From IMG/VR virus record IMGVR_UViG_3300040751_002535: a stretch of DNA of 64,000 nucleotides; one strand, 5' to 3'. Both the position numbers and the translations under genes were made by a program. Positions within the stretch are counted from its first letter, which is position 1. Each line of letters starts with the position of its first letter. This DNA comes from a virus. The notes beneath the pieces were generated by a model. It was given only the letters and a program-made list of their open reading frames with translations, did no database searches and was not told the DNA's origin. This document shows positions 18,861 to 29,077 of the stretch, piece by piece.

Positions 18861-18896
18861 CAGGTAGAAGATATTATTTTCTTCTGGAGGGCAGAT

Positions 18897-19655
18897 ATGA
18901 AAGCATATTCTATATTATTAGCTATGGCATTAAGCATTACGGTGTTTTCAGTACGAGCTAACGAGATATACATAACACAAATCGGTGACACACTGGATTT
19001 AGACATAACACAGGACGGTCTTGACAACGAGTTTGGTGACAGTACTACTGATGCTGGACTCTACGGAGATAGTATGGTTTTTAGTATTACACAAACTGGA
19101 GACTATAACACCATAGACGCTATTATTGCAGGCGACAGCTACACAGGAACTTGGCAGTTTACTGGCAACAGCAACAATGTCGACTTACTTTGTAATAGTT
19201 CTGCTACTACAGGCGGCGGCAACTGTGATAATGTACAACTTGATATCACTACAACAGGTGACTCAAATACGTTTGACTTCAAAATAGGTGAAACCAACGA
19301 TGCTGGTAATGCTACTATAACATTTACTGTTGATGGCGATGGCAACCTAGTTGATATGGACTTGGATGGTACTGATGCTAACATCACTGTCACAATAGAT
19401 AACAGTGCAAATACAGCTGTCGCAGGACAAACTATTACAAGTGCTACTGATTCAACACTAACTGCTAACTCACCGGGCAATATTATTGACTTATCCATAA
19501 GTGGCGATGGCGACAGCTTAGGACACACTGTAACACTAGATATCACCGGAGGAGCAAATATCTATACGATTACACAAAGTGGTATCTATGACAACTTAGT
19601 AGATATTACTTCAACTGGGGACGGAAACACAGTTGATATTACGCAATCCGACTAA
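18897..19655 (+). CDS. Curlin-repeat protein (CsgA/CsgB-like)
   Basis: Signal peptide; repeated xITQxGxxN / xTGDxN units. Confidence 0.8.
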   Translation: MKAYSILLAMALSITVFSVRANEIYITQIGDTLDLDITQDGLDNEFGDSTTDAGLYGDSMVFSITQTGDYNTIDAIIAGDSYTGTWQFTGNSNNVDLLCNSSATTGGGNCDNVQLDITTTGDSNTFDFKIGETNDAGNATITFTVDGDGNLVDMDLDGTDANITVTIDNSANTAVAGQTITSATDSTLTANSPGNIIDLSISGDGDSLGHTVTLDITGGANIYTITQSGIYDNLVDITSTGDGNTVDITQSD

Positions 19656-20763
19656 ACTTTTATGTATAATATTCTTTGCGCTGGCATTTGCAGATATGGC
19701 CAATGCAGTTCCTATTGGCGAGATTGCCGAATCTAAAGGCTCGAGTACAATCAAGCGAGACAAAGAAGCATACACAGGCGAAGTAGGGCTTGGATTACAA
19801 ATGAACGATAATGTTGTAACAGGCAAAGGCAGACTAAGATTAGACTTTATAGACGATACTAGAGTTGATGTAACAGAAAACTCACGTATGACTATTGATG
19901 AATTTATATATGACCCTGCTACACAAAAAGGTGCATTGTCAATGAAAGCAACACTAGGTGCAGTGAGATATGCTAGTGGACAAATAGCAAAAAATAGTAG
20001 ACAAAGAGTAAACATACGCACACCCAGTGCAACCATCAACGTGCGTGGCACAGACTTTATGATGATTGTAGACGAGATCGGCGGCAGTATGGTCACACTA
20101 TTGCCCAGTTGTGATATGAGTGGTGCTTGTGTAATAGGTGAGATTGAAGTAGAATCAGATGCTGGCACAGTTATAATGAATCAAGCATATCAAACTACCG
20201 TTGTAGCACATGCCGGAGCAACACCAGCTAGACCAGTAATACTAGATCTCCCAGAAGATATGCTGAACTCAATGTTGATTGTTCGTAAAGTAAGTCCGTA
20301 TACAGAGGAAATAGAAAAACAGTATCCAGTCACTAACTTACTAGATATTGACTTCTTAAAGTTTGATGAACTTGATAAAGATCCACTTATTGAAAGTATC
20401 AAAAATATATGGGTCACAGATTTAGACAACACCACATACTTAGATGAAGAGTTTTATGATGCAATGGCAAGACAGCTTGCTGAAATATTAGCACAATGGT
20501 TTGATGAACTTACTATACAAAATGCAGCATTTTTTGAAGAAAAGTTTTTTGGGTTAGACCCAGAAACAAATATTTTTTATGATGAAGAATATCCATACTA
20601 TCTGTTAAGCAGAGCAGAAGGTGACCAACACTTTTTTCGCCTAAGGTTGGGCCAGGGTTATAGTTATAGTGTGGATATGGCACAAGGAGGATTTTATACT
20701 TATGGATATTTGGTGGGCGTCGGCGGTGACAACACTATTACTATTAATCAACACGACTACTAG
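19633..20763 (+). CDS. FecR-domain secreted/periplasmic protein
   Basis: D.VVTG.GR.RL.FIDDT.V and IRTPSATINVRGTDF FecR signature. Confidence 0.85.
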   Translation: MILRNPTKLLCIIFFALAFADMANAVPIGEIAESKGSSTIKRDKEAYTGEVGLGLQMNDNVVTGKGRLRLDFIDDTRVDVTENSRMTIDEFIYDPATQKGALSMKATLGAVRYASGQIAKNSRQRVNIRTPSATINVRGTDFMMIVDEIGGSMVTLLPSCDMSGACVIGEIEVESDAGTVIMNQAYQTTVVAHAGATPARPVILDLPEDMLNSMLIVRKVSPYTEEIEKQYPVTNLLDIDFLKFDELDKDPLIESIKNIWVTDLDNTTYLDEEFYDAMARQLAEILAQWFDELTIQNAAFFEEKFFGLDPETNIFYDEEYPYYLLSRAEGDQHFFRLRLGQGYSYSVDMAQGGFYTYGYLVGVGGDNTITINQHDY

Positions 20764-21535
20764 TAATGCAAATGAAATTTATATGTACCAAGTTGGTGAC
20801 AACAATGCGTTAACCATCTTGCAAGAAGGCGACGATAATTATATCAGTGGAATACCTGGTTCGACTAAAGGTATTGAAGGTGATGGTAATACGGTTAATA
20901 TGGTACAAAAAGGTCAGTATCATGGCGTCCAAGGAATGTTAGACGGCGACAGCAATAACATGGATTTCTATCAAGGCGGCGGCGGCGATAGTGGAATGAT
21001 TACTGCCAGCGTTACTGGTGATAATAACGACTTGGTAATATGGCAGGGCAAACTCGAAGACGGAACCATAGACACAACAGAAGCAGGCGACCACACCTCA
21101 TATAGTGTTATTATGGGTGACAATAATAACATGGAAGTATACCAAACAGACCACGCCACTAACTGTTGTAATAGTGCCCACTCTGTAAGTAATGTTATTG
21201 TAGGTGATAACAATCACACAAAGACTATTCAACGTGGAAATGGCGGACACTATTTAGACACTTATACGTTTGGTAATGACAATTCTATCGATGTATTACA
21301 ACGAGGAAGCCAAGAATCGCACTATGGTGATATAGATTTGTATGGAGATGACCATACTGTTAATACTCAACAAAAAGACCAAGGTGCGCACAGTATAACA
21401 CTTGACCTAACAAACTCGGGCGGAGCATACAGTGTTAATACATTACAAGAAGGTGCCACAGATCAAACATACAGCCTTATAGGTTCTTGCACAAATCCAA
21501 ACGGTTGTGTTGTAAATGTTGAGCAGCATAATTAA
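20702..21535 (+). CDS. Second curlin-repeat protein
   Basis: NEIYMYQVGDNN, LQEGDDN and further QxG repeats; SD GGAGGA favours ATG 20702 over the track start 20669. Confidence 0.78.
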   Translation: MDIWWASAVTTLLLLINTTTSNANEIYMYQVGDNNALTILQEGDDNYISGIPGSTKGIEGDGNTVNMVQKGQYHGVQGMLDGDSNNMDFYQGGGGDSGMITASVTGDNNDLVIWQGKLEDGTIDTTEAGDHTSYSVIMGDNNNMEVYQTDHATNCCNSAHSVSNVIVGDNNHTKTIQRGNGGHYLDTYTFGNDNSIDVLQRGSQESHYGDIDLYGDDHTVNTQQKDQGAHSITLDLTNSGGAYSVNTLQEGATDQTYSLIGSCTNPNGCVVNVEQHN

Positions 21536-21547
21536 AGGAAAAGCACA

Positions 21548-21886
21548 ATGCTATTAGAAGCACTAACAATTAGTTTAGGTCTTAGTACCCATATCGGATT
21601 TGATGAAAAATACAATGCCTTTCATCCACACCTACGATATACACATGAAAACTTTATTACAGGTACATATTATAACAGCTTAGAAAATTTAAGCGTATAT
21701 GCAGGATCTAGACAAGAATATAATAATTTTGGGATTGAAACTGCAATTGTAACAGGCTACAACAACTTAATTACTCCTTATGTTAGAGCCACGTATGACT
21801 TAGGCAAAACAAGAATCTTTATAGCACCAGGCATAGAAACTAAGGATATCGGCATAGTTTTAGGAATAGAGATTATGCTTAAATAA
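21548..21886 (+). CDS. Small outer-membrane beta-barrel-like protein (PagP-like)
   Basis: H...YN.FHP...YYNS...SVYAG...TGY pattern. Confidence 0.45.
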   Translation: MLLEALTISLGLSTHIGFDEKYNAFHPHLRYTHENFITGTYYNSLENLSVYAGSRQEYNNFGIETAIVTGYNNLITPYVRATYDLGKTRIFIAPGIETKDIGIVLGIEIMLK

Positions 21887-21940
21887 ATATGTAGTCAACA
21901 GCGTGAGGGCGCAACTGGCACCAATACAAGAGGGTAAAAA

Positions 21941-23794
21941 ATGAAAAAAATAATAATAAGCAGCACCTTAGCTGTACTTTTATGTACAACTGCAATAGCA
22001 GATACAAGTAGTATGAACTCAAGTGTAACAGGAATGGGTATACTTGAAAACGATTACGTAAAAGCCGGCGTTAACGGCACAAGTGGAACATTCGGCTCAG
22101 GCGGAGGTACTCGTCCAGGACTACAGTTTGATAGTACAGGTACCGGAACATTTCCAGCAGATTCAGCGCAAGGCGACTACCTAACACCAGGTTCACCGTT
22201 TGATGGTTTTGCTATCAAGATCGATGGTACAAATAGTAAAAACAACAACAGTGGTTCAAACGCATGGACAGATGCTGATGGTTTAACAGATACCACAGAT
22301 GGATTTGTATGGACAGGCACAAATTCAGCACACAGTGGTTGGGAAATAGAAAACACTTATAGTTTAGGTGCTACAGCAGAACATGTTGAGATTGGCACAG
22401 ACATTACTGCTGGAAGTGATGCAACTGATGTATACTTCGGACGTTTTATTGATCCAGATGCTATGCCAGAAACAGGCGACACCAGTGCTACAGACAACGT
22501 GCTAGGTTATGGCGTCATTCCAGATAGTAATGTAGCATTTGCTGAAGCAACAGTTTCACGCTATGCGTTAGGATTGTATTCAACAGATAGTAATGTAGAT
22601 GCTGGTATTAGTAGTTGGAGTACAGAAGCAGATGCGTATACAGAAAATACTGTAGATGGTGATGGATCAAACACAAACACAGGAGACAATACTATTGGTC
22701 TTACTTGGCATTGGACAGGTGTTAGTACAGGTGACATATTAGAAGCAAACTATGCTTACATCTTTGGACCAAGTGCTTTTGATGCTGCGGATTCTGCTAT
22801 TACAGCAGGTGCCGGCGGCGGCGCTGATGTTAGTTCGTGGGGAACACTAGAAGATGTTGGTAGTGCTACAGACGCAGCAAGCGGTCCAACTGTGGTAGGA
22901 ACAGGCACAAGTAGTGTTACAAGTCACACAAGTACAACAGCAGATGGCGTACAAACTATTGCTAGAGAAAAAGCAACAGCAACTTGGGACATTTATAGTG
23001 ACGCTACATTAGGTACAGCAACTACAACAGTTGAAACACTAGATCCGTTTGTAGGACGTATGGATCAAGCAAGCCAAATGTTAACACTAGCTCCTCACAG
23101 AGGTGTTGGTATTGCAGAAGGATTTAGTGCAGGACGTATTAGTCACGACATGGGTAATGGGTATGATGCTGAGTCAAACGTATTTGGCCTAGGCCACACT
23201 ACTACAACTGAGGATCTTCTATCAGTTGGGTTAGGCATTAATCGTATAACAACTGACATAACTGGTTCTGATAGCACAGGAAATATGTCAACTACTGTAT
23301 TAAGTTTCGGTGCAAGCAAGCACATTGACGATCGTGATATGACAGTAAGTGGCACAGTAAATGCTTCGAATACAGACTTATCATACACTAGAACAATAGG
23401 CGACTTTGCCGCAGCAGGCTCAACTACATCAACTGACCGATGGGGTACACTTACAATAGAAAAGTCAACTGGTACAGTTCGTCCATTTGCTGGTTACACA
23501 TTAGGCAGAAATAGTCACGAAGCATTTACAGAAACAGGCGATGTTCAATCAGCATTACTAGATGCAGGTACTAGCGACACATATCGTTATGCTACAATTG
23601 GTGTTAATATTGATACAGGTAGTTTAAATGCAAGTTTTGCTAGAGACTTTGATGATGCACAAACAACCCGCATAGGACTAGGTTTAAATCGTGCTGTTAA
23701 TGAAACTATCGGTATTGAAGCAGGTGTTAACAGAGTTATAGCAGGTGATAATACAAGTACCACTCTGAACGCAGGACTTACTTGGAAGTTCTAA
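21941..23794 (+). CDS. Autotransporter-like outer-membrane protein
   Basis: Signal peptide, G/T/S/D-rich passenger region, C-terminal barrel strands ending LTWKF. Confidence 0.7.
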   Translation: MKKIIISSTLAVLLCTTAIADTSSMNSSVTGMGILENDYVKAGVNGTSGTFGSGGGTRPGLQFDSTGTGTFPADSAQGDYLTPGSPFDGFAIKIDGTNSKNNNSGSNAWTDADGLTDTTDGFVWTGTNSAHSGWEIENTYSLGATAEHVEIGTDITAGSDATDVYFGRFIDPDAMPETGDTSATDNVLGYGVIPDSNVAFAEATVSRYALGLYSTDSNVDAGISSWSTEADAYTENTVDGDGSNTNTGDNTIGLTWHWTGVSTGDILEANYAYIFGPSAFDAADSAITAGAGGGADVSSWGTLEDVGSATDAASGPTVVGTGTSSVTSHTSTTADGVQTIAREKATATWDIYSDATLGTATTTVETLDPFVGRMDQASQMLTLAPHRGVGIAEGFSAGRISHDMGNGYDAESNVFGLGHTTTTEDLLSVGLGINRITTDITGSDSTGNMSTTVLSFGASKHIDDRDMTVSGTVNASNTDLSYTRTIGDFAAAGSTTSTDRWGTLTIEKSTGTVRPFAGYTLGRNSHEAFTETGDVQSALLDAGTSDTYRYATIGVNIDTGSLNASFARDFDDAQTTRIGLGLNRAVNETIGIEAGVNRVIAGDNTSTTLNAGLTWKF

Positions 23795-23840
23795 AATAAA
23801 TACTGTTAGCAAGAGGGTAGATTGCTAGGAGGTAGGGCAA

Positions 23841-24323
23841 ATGATCGATCCATTCACAGCCGTTGCAGCAGCAACCACGGCATTTAATACCGTTAAGAAA
23901 TTCGTACATGCAGGACAAGATTTTGAAAACTGTATGGGACAAATGAGCAAGTGGTACACTAATGTATCTGATTTCCGTAAAGGTCAGCAGATGCAAAAGA
24001 ATCAACCAGTATTTAGAAAACTACTAGCCTCAGGCTCAGTCGAAGAAGAAGCACTCAATCTACTAATCCACGATAAGAAGGTTAGAGAAATGGAGAAAGA
24101 GTTACAGGAAATGCTTAACGCTCGATTTGGTTATAAAACCTGGGATGAACTTAAACAACTTCAGCGTAAGATCCGCGCAGACAGACAGAAGCAAATATAC
24201 GATGCTGCTGAACGCAGGCAATCGTTTATAAACACTGTTATGCTTTTTCTATTACTAGGAGCAATGATTTGCACAGTAGCAGGAATATTTTATTTTATAG
24301 CATTAGCAAAAGGAATGCTTTAA
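23841..24323 (+). CDS. Conserved phage protein with C-terminal TM
   Basis: MIDPFTAVAAATTAFN start; SD AGGAGGT. Confidence 0.65.
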   Translation: MIDPFTAVAAATTAFNTVKKFVHAGQDFENCMGQMSKWYTNVSDFRKGQQMQKNQPVFRKLLASGSVEEEALNLLIHDKKVREMEKELQEMLNARFGYKTWDELKQLQRKIRADRQKQIYDAAERRQSFINTVMLFLLLGAMICTVAGIFYFIALAKGML

Positions 24324-24545
24324 ATGATACATGCGTTTATACTAATCGTTCTTATAGCCGACAAACAAGAACCTAGTCCTATGTATTTTAGAAGTATTGA
24401 TGTGTGCCAATATTACGCAGCACGAATACCTAGACAGTATGGTAACTATGGAAACAAATACGAAGTACCTGCTGAACATAGAGTCACAGCATATTGTAAA
24501 CCTAAAAAAGTTAATCCGCAAACTACAGTAGTATATGATAGGTAA
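24324..24545 (+). CDS. Small protein with two Cys
   Basis: Hydrophobic N-terminus, F.S...C and AYCKP. Confidence 0.55.
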   Translation: MIHAFILIVLIADKQEPSPMYFRSIDVCQYYAARIPRQYGNYGNKYEVPAEHRVTAYCKPKKVNPQTTVVYDR

Positions 24546-24553
24546 ATATTGTT

Positions 24554-24880
24554 ATGAAATGGATAAGCGAATGGTTGTTCAAAGAACATATAGAAAATAT
24601 GGTGGAGGAAAAGTTTCAGGAGAAATTGCTTGAAACCTACCTTCGCCAGCGCCAACAAGAACACAAAGCAAGAATTGCCCGAGTCAGAGAAACCCTTGAT
24701 AATAAAACATCAAGGGTTTCGAAAGAAGAACAACCCAAACTACAATCCAGTAGTAGAGTACGAACGGGGAGTGAAGAATCCAAACTATCGACCTCGCCCG
24801 ATCAAGCCGCAATAGCAAAAGCAGCAAAAACAGCAGAGCTAGATGCAATGCGAGCAAAACTAATGGGAAAGAAAAAATGA
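24554..24880 (+). CDS. Hypothetical protein
   Basis: TAAATA-N5-ATG start. Confidence 0.55.
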   Translation: MKWISEWLFKEHIENMVEEKFQEKLLETYLRQRQQEHKARIARVRETLDNKTSRVSKEEQPKLQSSSRVRTGSEESKLSTSPDQAAIAKAAKTAELDAMRAKLMGKKK

Positions 24881-25320
24881 ACAACAAATTCAGTATAGGT
24901 GTTGTTGTAGCAATAGTATTACAAGTCAGTGGATTTGTATGGTGGATAGCACAGCAATCACAAACAATAGATACATTAAAAGCAGAAATGTCAGAACTTA
25001 CAGCAAGGACTGAAGTTGAGAAAGAAGTTACATTAATTAACGATGTAGCACAACTTAAAAAAGACATTCAAGAACTAAGTGATAAAACACTAGAAGCAGT
25101 ACTAGAAACAAACAAACGCATTGATGGCTTAGGTGCACATGTTGACAGTCAAGATATTCGTATTAATGATACCTTTAGAACACAAATGGAAGAGTTCGAA
25201 ACTACAGTACAAAACACTTTCAATGTAGTTGAAGGTTGGATTGACGAAATCGACGAAGATATTGCAGAACTTGACAAAAAGTTAAGTGACAGAATTAGAG
25301 ATATAAAAGAAGAAAAATAA
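24877..25320 (+). CDS. Membrane-anchored coiled-coil protein
   Basis: N-terminal TM followed by heptad repeats. Confidence 0.65.
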   Translation: MNNKFSIGVVVAIVLQVSGFVWWIAQQSQTIDTLKAEMSELTARTEVEKEVTLINDVAQLKKDIQELSDKTLEAVLETNKRIDGLGAHVDSQDIRINDTFRTQMEEFETTVQNTFNVVEGWIDEIDEDIAELDKKLSDRIRDIKEEK

Positions 25321-27365
25321 TGAGAAAAATACTATTTTCACCTTTATGGAGTATACTATTACTAGGCATACTTGCATGGGTGTATAGTATTAATCCGCCT
25401 TTCTTAGAAAGTATAAAACTAAGATATTTCGATACACTTATTGTCAATCAACAACCTGTTGAAAACAACATTTACACAGTAAACATCGATGAACCGAGTT
25501 TAGAGGCATACGGACAATGGCCGTGGCCGAGAGGTGATTATGCTGCCCTTATAGAGGATTTGTATGCCAGAGGCGCTGGACTTGTGGTGTTTAATGTGTT
25601 GATGTCGGAAGAAGACAGAAGCGGACAAGATGCAATACTAGCAGAAACAATGCAGCAACTACCTGTTATAGTTACAATGCTGGGTGCAGAGGAGAATAAA
25701 AATGAAGCGATCAATCCTGGTGCTACTATTGTTAATAGCGATTACATTGGGACCATTCCTAGTGTTCCTGGTATTATTGCTAATGTTCCTGATGTGGAAT
25801 TCTCAGCAGTAGGCAGTGGTATCACCAACAGTTGGGCAGAGATTGATGGCGTAACAAGACGCATACCTCTTGTGGTAGAGTCTGGCGGAACACTGTATCC
25901 AAATGTTACAATGGAAGTGTTACGTGTTATTGCAGGCGATCCCTCGTTTCAAATAAAACTATCTCCTATGGGCGTAGACAAACTACGCATACCACAGTTT
26001 GGTGTAATACAAACAAGCCCCACAGGCGAAGTATGGATAGACTGGAGTCAGCGTAGTAAAAGCGTGAGCGCAGTAGACTTGCCAGATGACTTTGAAGGTG
26101 CTATAGTGTTTGTAGGACCAACAGCAGCAGGGCTTACACAGCCTCTAGCAACAGCAGCAGGAAGTGTATTTCCACACGAAGTACAAGCAGCAATGCTAGG
26201 CACAGTGTTTAACGAATCTAATATATCAAGACAACCAGACGCAGAAGCGTGGGCAGAACTAGCAGCTCTAGTTATAGCCGGCTTACTGTTAATCATCCTC
26301 GCCCGTTGGACATACGTAGGCATAGCCTTCTTTGTGCTGTCCGTGGGTGGAGGTGTTTATTTTAGTTACTATATGTTTGCTACACAAAACCTGTTGATTG
26401 ATGGATTTATACCAGCAGCGTTTTTATTGTTGGTAGGTGTCAAGCGTTATGTAATCAAGTTTGTAGATGAGTTTTTACAAAAGAACGCAATCAAGAAACA
26501 GTTTGCTGGCTATGCTTCACCTACAGTGGTTAAACTACTACAGGAAAATCCTGACCTTATTAAGAAAGGTTCTAAAAAAGAAGTTTCGATTGTGTTCTCA
26601 GACCTGCGTGGCTTTACACCATTAGGTGAGAGCTTTGGCGATGATGTCGGCGGACTTACAAAAATAATGAATGGTTATATGGATGCTATTACTGAACCTG
26701 TGCTAGACGCAGACGGAATGATTATCAAGTATATAGGCGATGCAAGTATGCACATACACAATGCACCCATAGATGATCCTAACCACGCTAAGACAGCAGT
26801 ACAGTGTGGCTTAGACATGCTTAAAGCAGTGGAGAAGTTTAATGAAGAAGTTATTATACCTGATGGTCGTCCTGCTGTTGGTATGGGCGCTGGCATCAAC
26901 ACAGGGTTGGGATACCTTGGTGAGATGGGAAGTACTAAACGTCATTCATATGATGTCCTTGGAGACGCTGTAAGCACCGCCGCCAGAGTAGAAAGCAAGT
27001 GTAAAGAGTACGGATGCTTATTACTTGTAGGCGAAGCAACTTATGAAGCAACAAAGGATGACTTCTTCTATCTTAAAGTAGATGACTTACAAGTAAAAGG
27101 CAAGAGTGTTGGATTGAGCATTTATACAGTGCTCGATAATGTAAAAGATACATGGAAAATTACACAAAAACATCACAAAGATATGCATGGACTATATCAG
27201 ATGCAACTGTTTGATGAAGCCATTGAACAATGTAAAATAATACGTAGATCGTTTGATGGCCAAATGGAAGGCTATTACGATATGTGGATTGAACGCTGTG
27301 AGTATATGAAAACACAAGACCTACCACCGGATTGGAATGGAATTTTTGTTGCGACAAGTAAATAA
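25320..27365 (+). CDS. CHASE2-domain class III adenylate/guanylate cyclase
   Basis: GQWPWPR and DGVTRRIPL (CHASE2), three TMs, FSDLRGFT, KYIGDA, YDVLGDAVSTAARVE, VKGK. Confidence 0.93.
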   Translation: MRKILFSPLWSILLLGILAWVYSINPPFLESIKLRYFDTLIVNQQPVENNIYTVNIDEPSLEAYGQWPWPRGDYAALIEDLYARGAGLVVFNVLMSEEDRSGQDAILAETMQQLPVIVTMLGAEENKNEAINPGATIVNSDYIGTIPSVPGIIANVPDVEFSAVGSGITNSWAEIDGVTRRIPLVVESGGTLYPNVTMEVLRVIAGDPSFQIKLSPMGVDKLRIPQFGVIQTSPTGEVWIDWSQRSKSVSAVDLPDDFEGAIVFVGPTAAGLTQPLATAAGSVFPHEVQAAMLGTVFNESNISRQPDAEAWAELAALVIAGLLLIILARWTYVGIAFFVLSVGGGVYFSYYMFATQNLLIDGFIPAAFLLLVGVKRYVIKFVDEFLQKNAIKKQFAGYASPTVVKLLQENPDLIKKGSKKEVSIVFSDLRGFTPLGESFGDDVGGLTKIMNGYMDAITEPVLDADGMIIKYIGDASMHIHNAPIDDPNHAKTAVQCGLDMLKAVEKFNEEVIIPDGRPAVGMGAGINTGLGYLGEMGSTKRHSYDVLGDAVSTAARVESKCKEYGCLLLVGEATYEATKDDFFYLKVDDLQVKGKSVGLSIYTVLDNVKDTWKITQKHHKDMHGLYQMQLFDEAIEQCKIIRRSFDGQMEGYYDMWIERCEYMKTQDLPPDWNGIFVATSK

Positions 27366-27368
27366 CAT

Positions 27369-28019
27369 ATGTTCAACTATATAAAAAATCTTTTCGGCAG
27401 CAACACTGAATACAAAGGCCAGGACATTGAAGATATCAATGTAATATGGCTGCACGGCGCTAACCAAACCAGTTTGAGTTTTAAGTACCTACAAACAAAG
27501 ACACAGTTCTCAAAAGAGATTATGGTTAACTATTCAAGCATGGATAGATTTTATGACAACTTGGATATGATAACAGAGCAGTGTCAAAATAGAGGACCGC
27601 ACTTTGTTGTAGGACACAGCATGGGCGGGTTGTATGCACTACATCTTACCAAATATCTACGTGTAGTAGGTGGCGTTAGTATTAGCACACCGTTTAGAGG
27701 TAGTAGCACAGCAGACTGGGCAAAGTATGTTGTACCAAGTTATCCATTGTTTAGGGATATTGGACGTAAGAGCGATCCTATCAAAAAAGCACATGAGATA
27801 GAATTAGATATACCTTGGACACAAATAGTAAGTACAACAGGATCAGTGCCTTATCACAATGGCCCTAATGACGGTGTTGTTACACTTGCTTCAATGACAC
27901 ACAGAACAGACATGGAACTAGTAGAGGTAGCACATACACACTACGAAACTATGTGTTCTGATCAAGTTGCTGAGATTGTTGCTGAACGCTATTCTCGTGC
28001 TTTAACAACAGTGCGTTAA
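27369..28019 (+). CDS. Alpha/beta hydrolase (lipase/esterase)
   Basis: WLHG, GHSMGG nucleophile elbow, STPFRGS, NDGVV. Confidence 0.85.
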   Translation: MFNYIKNLFGSNTEYKGQDIEDINVIWLHGANQTSLSFKYLQTKTQFSKEIMVNYSSMDRFYDNLDMITEQCQNRGPHFVVGHSMGGLYALHLTKYLRVVGGVSISTPFRGSSTADWAKYVVPSYPLFRDIGRKSDPIKKAHEIELDIPWTQIVSTTGSVPYHNGPNDGVVTLASMTHRTDMELVEVAHTHYETMCSDQVAEIVAERYSRALTTVR

Positions 28020-28203
28020 CTTGGTCAGTTTTTATTAACCATCCACTTTCGTTTACTATAAACACATCGCCTGGTTTATACAACGGATGATCCTTATTAC
28101 CAGGATTTCCTTGCCTATCTAATCCCATTACTTCTCCAGGCCAATCGCCTTCTATACAAAAGTTATCACCGGCTTGCATTATATTATAATCCATCCACAT
28201 CAT
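27949..28203 (-). CDS. Hypothetical protein
   Basis: Coupled to the upstream minus-strand ORF. Confidence 0.5.
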   Translation of the reverse strand: MMWMDYNIMQAGDNFCIEGDWPGEVMGLDRQGNPGNKDHPLYKPGDVFIVNESGWLIKTDQVNALLLKHENSVQQQSQQLDQNT

Positions 28204-28472
28204 TGTACTTTCTCCACTGGTTTTACATGAGTATACTTTAATGCAAATAAAGTTGCGTGTCTTGAATCATCAATGTCTACATATATATCACAGCGGCAGT
28301 ATACATCTCCGGGCAAACTTGTACTGCTACTACGCAAAAGTTTCCATTCCCAGTTGTTTTCTTCTACTGTACGATAAAGATCGTCGCCAAGTTCACGCCT
28401 AATCCATATGTTCTCCATATCAGTATTGGCATGTGTCCACTTGTATTCGCATTGTCCTAAATAGTATCTCAT
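28200..28472 (-). CDS. Hypothetical protein
   Basis: C-terminal ATLFALKY motif. Confidence 0.55.
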   Translation of the reverse strand: MRYYLGQCEYKWTHANTDMENIWIRRELGDDLYRTVEENNWEWKLLRSSSTSLPGDVYCRCDIYVDIDDSRHATLFALKYTHVKPVEKVQ

Positions 28473-28480
28473 AAAAATAC

Positions 28481-28861
28481 TTAGTTATTGCGTGAAGTTC
28501 TTTTCTTTAGTTCTGGTTTATTTGGGTCTTCTTTCGGTGCAGGCTTGCCAGTTGAGTTAAATGTTTCGCTGCGGCTTTGATATTTTACAACTGCTTCGTC
28601 TAAGAACGCTTGTTGTTCTGGATTAAGCGCACCTCTATGCTCTAACACCATGCTCAACTTACTGTTAAGTCTAATCATGTCATTGTCTAGCATACGCACA
28701 CGGTCAACAAGACGTATAAGTGTACCCATGCTTTGTCCAATAACTGGATCAATAGTTTCTGTTACCCACTTCCAGATAAAGAAGATGAAATATCCCATGC
28801 CAAACGCAGCAATGACTGGAAAGCCAAAGTCTTTGATTGCAGTTGAAATATCAAACTCCAT
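28481..28861 (-). CDS. Small membrane protein, GFP-motif (YvrJ/holin-like)
   Basis: FGFPVIAA TM then coiled coil; paralogous to the gene at 29046. Confidence 0.65.
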   Translation of the reverse strand: MEFDISTAIKDFGFPVIAAFGMGYFIFFIWKWVTETIDPVIGQSMGTLIRLVDRVRMLDNDMIRLNSKLSMVLEHRGALNPEQQAFLDEAVVKYQSRSETFNSTGKPAPKEDPNKPELKKRTSRNN

Positions 28862-29077
28862 TTACTCTCCGAACATACCGATCAAGTCTGGCCCAAAACT
28901 ACTTGCCGCCCATCCTACAGCTAACATAGCAACTACTCCTAAAAACAGCCATTTCATTTTGAAATCATCAACTGACATTTTTATTGCTACTAGTTCATTT
29001 CCTAGTATACGCAACTGGATTTCCATTTTACCTTTGTCGTCTACATTAGTCTCTTCTGGCATCATCTTTTCCTTCAT
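28862..29077 (-). CDS. Small membrane protein
   Basis: LRILGNEL followed by a TM helix. Confidence 0.55.
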   Translation of the reverse strand: MKEKMMPEETNVDDKGKMEIQLRILGNELVAIKMSVDDFKMKWLFLGVVAMLAVGWAASSFGPDLIGMFGE

